A DNA stretch of 64,000 nucleotides, from NCBI GenBank assembly GCA_963705725.1, contig CAVPKM010000018.1, positions 1 to 64,000 of the forward strand, in the 5' to 3' direction. The stretch comes from an uncultured Gammaproteobacteria bacterium. GTDB lineage: Bacteria > Pseudomonadota > Gammaproteobacteria > UBA6002. The notes under the pieces were generated by a model. That model was not told where the DNA came from. It made no database searches and saw only the letters and a program-made list of their open reading frames with translations. Every line of letters begins with the position of its first letter. The first letter of the stretch is position 1. The position numbers were made by a program, and so were the translations under genes. Below are positions 59,493 through 64,000 of the stretch, piece by piece.

Positions 59493-59601
59493 AACCCCCC
59501 TGATTTTAACTCACCTAGTATTCGCCCTGCCCTACACAATGACTTTCCAGTCATTAATATCATTAACCTATATCATATCAGAAAGCCCCCAATAACATCA
59601 T

Positions 59602-59631
59602 TTTGAGATAATTTTCATTGAATATCTCAAA
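59602..59631. promoter_or_regulatory. 9-bp inverted repeat upstream of the GlcG-like gene (possible operator)
   Basis: TTTGAGATA-N12-TATCTCAAA. Confidence 0.35.
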
Positions 59632-59762
59632 GCAAAGTAGATATGTCACCATCCTAAGATACTTTGTTACCTCAAGCAGTTATCCCTAGGTCCCTTGAGG
59701 TTTCAGGAACAAAAATCGAGAAGTAAAAAGGTTATAAAGCTTTCTTAAAGTGCATATGCGAT

Positions 59763-60010
59763 ATGAATATGATATTGAACAAAGATATATTAGTTGCTGG
59801 ATTACGTTCTCGTGATGGAGCATCATATCAAATACTGCAGAATATCCCGAACTGAAAAATAAAATTGGTTATCTCTGTGACTCTTTTTATAGAATATGAA
59901 TCGGTTTTAGAGCGACCCAGCTTTTTTTCAGACTCACAGAAAAGATGTCGATGCGATTTTAAATATGCTGGGTTCAAAAGCGATTAGAACCCCCATTCAG
60001 CAAAGGGTTG
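59763..60010 (+). pseudogene. PIN-domain toxin pseudogene (TIGR00305-like)
   Basis: ILVAGLRSRDGASYQILQ..*..ISVTLFIEYESVLERP; in-frame TGA at 59853-59855, catalytic DTN replaced by NKD, 3' half missing. Confidence 0.75.
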
Positions 60011-60151
60011 AAACGTCCATATATTGCCGTCGGACTGTTTTTAGGTTAAAAGTTTAGTTGTAAAATATATTTTTTTCTTGGATATTTTAATATCTTTACG
60101 ATATTATGATAATATTTAACGCGGAAAGTATCTAGATTAAAAAAAGCAGGC

Positions 60152-60628
60152 TTGTTAAGCAAGGAGACTATTGCAATTATTACTCGTGCTGCCCTGCTAA
60201 CCTCAGCCGTTACGTTGCCTTTATTTACTGAAAGCTTGATCACGATAAATCAGCGTCTTACTGTGAGTAAGTTAATGATAGAGTATCTATTATCTAATGT
60301 GAATCTATCCACTTTAGTGACAAAATCTCTTCTTCGACTTAACCAGTTTTCGATTTGCACTGATCAGAATATTGAAATTTTGTTAAATCAACAGACTCAC
60401 CCTCAAGAATTGACTAATTGTTTTGAAAAAATTATTAGCGATCATCTCGAAGAAGCTAGGTTGTATAATGATATGCAAATCAATTCTCTTGCACCAAAAG
60501 ACGCCTGGACAACGATTTTTAGTTTTTTTGATAATAATGAGAAATTAAATTTAAAAAAGGTATCAACCCTGTTTGAACAAATTGCCAATGAACCTGATCA
60601 TGGAAACAGCACTCAGAATAGAACTTAG
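60152..60628 (+). CDS. Hypothetical protein (possibly 5'-truncated)
   Basis: 158-aa ORF with TTG start, no recognisable motif. Confidence 0.45.
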   Translation: MLSKETIAIITRAALLTSAVTLPLFTESLITINQRLTVSKLMIEYLLSNVNLSTLVTKSLLRLNQFSICTDQNIEILLNQQTHPQELTNCFEKIISDHLEEARLYNDMQINSLAPKDAWTTIFSFFDNNEKLNLKKVSTLFEQIANEPDHGNSTQNRT

Positions 60629-60865
60629 GATCATGCACAAAATAAATATGGATTTTTAGGCTAGGAGATTTTTAATATTATCCAAATTTCAACAGAAAAC
60701 TTAGAACTAAAATTTCTATAGAAGAATAATGAGCGTATAATATTTCAGTCCATTATGAGAAATATGGCACTGGGCAAACAATGCGATCCCCTTCTCATAA
60801 AAAGTTTGCGCTCTTAGCGGTTCGAGTAATTTAAAACTCATGCTAAGAAAAATCACAGGTGAAGA

Positions 60866-61273
60866 TCAGTGACTGTTGATTCTAGGAACATTAACCACAC
60901 GTTCTAATGTACCTTTCTCAAGCGAGGATTGTTTTTTATTGAAGCCGGAATAGACAAATTTTAAATGCTCATGATCGACAATCAAGGTGTTAACTGAATG
61001 ATCTTTTCCATACCATTGCAGGATTTCAATGGCATTTGCAATATTTACATGCTTAACTTTATTTTTTTCTTGTTTGTTATTTTCGTTACTTGATAATTTT
61101 TTCCAATAGATCGTATCACGCCCTAATATAAGGTCATAACTGATTTTTCCATGATTGTAAATTGCCTTGTAATGTAGAGCTGTCATGGTCGTACCTGCTT
61201 GCGCTGCTGTGATCATACTGATGAAAAATAAGGTAAGTAAAAAGCGTTTTATTTTCCTGCAATCTCTTCTCAT
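60866..61273 (-). CDS. Exported small beta-rich protein (MoaF-like, tentative)
   Basis: Signal peptide ending AQA; GAGGA RBS; alternating beta pattern TIYWK..ILQW..NTLIVD. Confidence 0.6.
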   Translation of the reverse strand: MRRDCRKIKRFLLTLFFISMITAAQAGTTMTALHYKAIYNHGKISYDLILGRDTIYWKKLSSNENNKQEKNKVKHVNIANAIEILQWYGKDHSVNTLIVDHEHLKFVYSGFNKKQSSLEKGTLERVVNVPRINSH

Positions 61274-61354
61274 TTGATTTTATCCTCTCATATTATCAAT
61301 TGCTTCTAACCCGATTGGTTTATCCCCTCCCTCAGGGCCTTGCACTTGCGCCTA

Positions 61355-61535
61355 GCCTGACCGAATAGATCGTACTCCACTTGGGGATATAAAAATTCTT
61401 CTTTACGCATTTCATTCTAGCGCGTACCTGGCCATGAGCAGGACTTTCAATCACATACGCTAATACTGCCTCCTCTGCCCCTTCAGCAAATCGGTAAAAC
61501 GTAGCTCTTGAAAAGCCCATTACTTTACAGGCTGT
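61355..61535 (-). mobile_element. IS481-family transposase remnant (internally deleted, frameshifted)
   Basis: ACKVMGFSRATFYR, EEAVLAY.IE.PAHGQVRA and in shifted frames NEMRK..SPSGVRSI, matching IS481-family N-terminal motifs. Confidence 0.75.
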
Positions 61536-61537
61536 TA

Positions 61538-62275
61538 TTATAAATTATTGAAATTTAAATTTAAGTCTGTTTTGTCAATGTAATCTATCTGTTGATCTTT
61601 TTCATATGTTGAATTATTGACCTCGAGAGCTATATCAATTGCATCCATAATTTCTTTGTAAACACCTTCAGTTTCAGAATATCGGGTGAATGCTCCCCAC
61701 AAAACGTAAGCGCCAGTCATGATTTTCAAGTAACGGCATGGTTGATCATCTGCGCTAAGGTTAGTAATAACAGTTTTAAGTTCAGACGCTTGATCTTTAT
61801 TCAAATAAATGAGGGAGCACATAATTAATTTCTTTGCCAACATTTTCTTTGTTGTATTGGTAAATAAAAAATTACACCCTATTTTTATCAATTCATTTTT
61901 CAACCAATCGATAGATGTATTTTTCAAATCGATAAGATCATATTTATTAATACAATCATCAATATTAGTTACCACAAAAGAACCTAAACTAGAATGAGAT
62001 ACTACACTCAAATCCATAGATTTCATAAACTGAGATATCTCTAGATGTAGAATATCAATCATAGCTATATTTTTTGTTGTGTTATTTAATGAAACTCCAC
62101 AAAAGAATTTTCCATCAAAAAAAGTCTCTAACTCAATTGCTATAACAGGACATAGCCCCTGAGCCAGATAAAGATTGCTACTATTTTTGACTACCTCTGA
62201 TGAATATATCTCTAAAAGAGTAGTTTTTTTATCCATAGCCTCTAAGCGGGTAAATTTTTCATGCATTGTTATCAA
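61538..62275 (-). CDS. Hypothetical protein, divergent from LysR regulator
   Basis: 245-aa AT-rich ORF, no recognisable motif. Confidence 0.6.
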   Translation of the reverse strand: MITMHEKFTRLEAMDKKTTLLEIYSSEVVKNSSNLYLAQGLCPVIAIELETFFDGKFFCGVSLNNTTKNIAMIDILHLEISQFMKSMDLSVVSHSSLGSFVVTNIDDCINKYDLIDLKNTSIDWLKNELIKIGCNFLFTNTTKKMLAKKLIMCSLIYLNKDQASELKTVITNLSADDQPCRYLKIMTGAYVLWGAFTRYSETEGVYKEIMDAIDIALEVNNSTYEKDQQIDYIDKTDLNLNFNNL

Positions 62276-62378
62276 CCTTACTTCAGTTTTATATCTTAGT
62301 GAAAAGAAAATTTATAAATAATAGAATTGCATAATAATAAAAAAAACACTTTAATAAAATAGCCAATTTTGATAGATT

Positions 62379-62400
62379 ATTGTTTCATATATGAAACAAT
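62379..62400. promoter_or_regulatory. Perfect 22-bp palindrome, probable LysR binding site
   Basis: ATTGTTTCATATATGAAACAAT immediately upstream of the LysR gene. Confidence 0.7.
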
Positions 62401-62409
62401 GGAACTAAT

Positions 62410-63303
62410 GTGATTCGGAATGCCTTATCATTTACAGCTGTCATTAAAGCAGGCAGCTTTTCAAAAGCAAGCAAAGTGATTGGGCTTTCAAAAGCTCAAT
62501 TAAGCCGCCATGTAAGTGAATTAGAAAAACAACTTGGCATCCAATTGTTATATCGCACGACAAGAAAGCTTTTGTTAACAGAGTCGGGCAGGATTTTTTT
62601 TGAGTCATGCCTTGAAATAGAGAAAAGTTATGACATGGCACTGGATAAAGTCACTAAAGATAATACTTTAATTAAAGGTCCTTTACGAATAACAGCCCCC
62701 ATTTCTTTTGGATCTGAGCTTCTGCTTAAGATAATCAATAATTTTGTTAAGAAATATCCAAACATTAATATTACACTTTCATTGAATAGCGTAACAGAAG
62801 ATCTGATTGAGAATAATTATGATATTGCTTTACGAGTTGCATCTGCTTTGCCAAACTCAAATCTGCGCATGAAAGTTATTCATCATTTTGATATGGTTTT
62901 ATGCGCATCTCCAGATTATTTTAAAAATATTAGTCATCCAAATGAGCTTGAAGAACTCAAATATTTCAAATTTATTACGCCAGTGAATAGAAACAATGAA
63001 GTTAAAAATATTAAATGGCCATTTATCATCAATGAAAAAATTGTTAACTATTCACCAAATAGCTTAATTCAGGTAGATAGCTTACGAATGCAAATTGAGC
63101 TTGTTTTATTAGGTGCTGGTATTGGTAGAGCTCCAAGATTTATGATCAAAAATGAATTAGAAGAAAACAAATTAGTAGAAATTCTTGCCCACATAAAACA
63201 ACCCAAATATCATCTTTACCTTCTTTATCCTAATAGAAAACACTTGCCAAAAAAGACAAAAGTTTTTATTGATTTCCTAGCAAACTCTTTAGCTAACATT
63301 TAA
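62410..63303 (+). CDS. LysR family regulator (CrgA/DmlR-like)
   Basis: GSFSKAS..LSK..LSRHVSELEKQLGIQLLYRTTR.L.LTE.G, GPLRITAP, DIALR, CASPDY. Confidence 0.93.
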   Translation: MIRNALSFTAVIKAGSFSKASKVIGLSKAQLSRHVSELEKQLGIQLLYRTTRKLLLTESGRIFFESCLEIEKSYDMALDKVTKDNTLIKGPLRITAPISFGSELLLKIINNFVKKYPNINITLSLNSVTEDLIENNYDIALRVASALPNSNLRMKVIHHFDMVLCASPDYFKNISHPNELEELKYFKFITPVNRNNEVKNIKWPFIINEKIVNYSPNSLIQVDSLRMQIELVLLGAGIGRAPRFMIKNELEENKLVEILAHIKQPKYHLYLLYPNRKHLPKKTKVFIDFLANSLANI

Positions 63304-63728
63304 AGAATTATGTCGTATTTACAGGATTTCCGGGTGATATTCAATAGGACTGCAACACGCCTGCTATTTTTTATTACCTAAGTAAAATTCGATCCTTCTA
63401 TTTTCAAAACCTCCCGCGCCGTACTCCAGGAATTCTGGAAGAGCCAATTTTCTGAATCACTTTATTCACATTTTTTGAAATCTGCTCATAAATTTATTCG
63501 GGCAGCCTAATAGCTTACCAAGATTTTCAATAGGATAGCTATATTCTGACCCCATCTTTATCAGCATATGGGCAATGAGTTCTTCTGCAGCATAAATACC
63601 CTCCTCATCTGAACTAAGAACGTATTCGCCACACCGTTTAAAACCATTCAAATGAAAAACTGACACAGTTTTTTGAACACTCCCCAACTGCTGATCAAGT
63701 CTAAAATTTTACAGCTAATATTTCCATA

Positions 63729-64000
63729 TTATTTAACTACAACTCCTATATTTTGGAATTCCATAGCTCCAGTAAAATTTATTAAAATTTCTTTCTGCTT
63801 TTCTTTAGATACCAGTGTTCCATCATCCCATTTTACGAATGCATTTGAGCTAACTATTACACAAAATCTACCGTCTGATAAACGCCCATAATCAACTTTC
63901 AATGGATTGGCATTTATTTCCTTCTCGATATTCAATTTTAAATCGGGCAACAGATTGAACTATAAATCCTTTACTACTTTTTACACCTTGCTTATTTATC
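63729..64000 (-). pseudogene. Immunity-protein-like gene (Imm74-like, tentative), frameshifted and cut by window edge
   Basis: INKQGVKSSKGFIVQSVARFKIEYREGNKCQSIE joins VDYG..KWDDGTLVSKEKQKEILINFTGAMEFQ if one A near 63897-63899 is removed. Confidence 0.45.

Overview
AT-rich chromosomal window of a gammaproteobacterium that looks like a member of the Legionellales/Coxiellales. This is inferred from smc-zipA-ligA, asd-fimV-truA, amino-acid catabolism clusters and eukaryote-like ankyrin/LRR proteins. About 1-57 kb is mostly core genes: fadE, ugpQ, leucine dehydrogenase plus 2-oxoacid dehydrogenase E1a/E1b/E2, a liu-type leucine cluster, purB, malic enzyme, manC, pyrD, purF-cvpA-dedD-folC-accD-murG-truA-fimV-asd-aroC-prmB, smrB, ligA-zipA-smc, tRNA-Arg(CCT), murU and nadC-nadB-nadA. 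About 57.3-64 kb is a decayed accessory region with SDR, alpha/beta-hydrolase, PIN-toxin and IS481 remnants, orphans, a LysR regulator and an immunity-like gene. Best-supported unexplained signals: (1) a 160-bp palindromic MITE with 16-bp terminal inverted repeats and an 8-bp target duplication, whose dispersed remnants coincide with the stop codons of several genes; (2) an intact tyrosine recombinase overlapping the malic enzyme gene with no mobile context; (3) a MetAP paralog lacking the substrate-binding His; (4) a decayed amgK next to intact murU; (5) an uncalled 59-aa ORF between asd and fimV. Several genes (aroC, zipA, nadB, GlcG-like) are split by single-base homopolymer indels, probably assembly errors. 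No CRISPR array, rRNA or intact prophage was seen, and no multi-gene novel system can be claimed with confidence.
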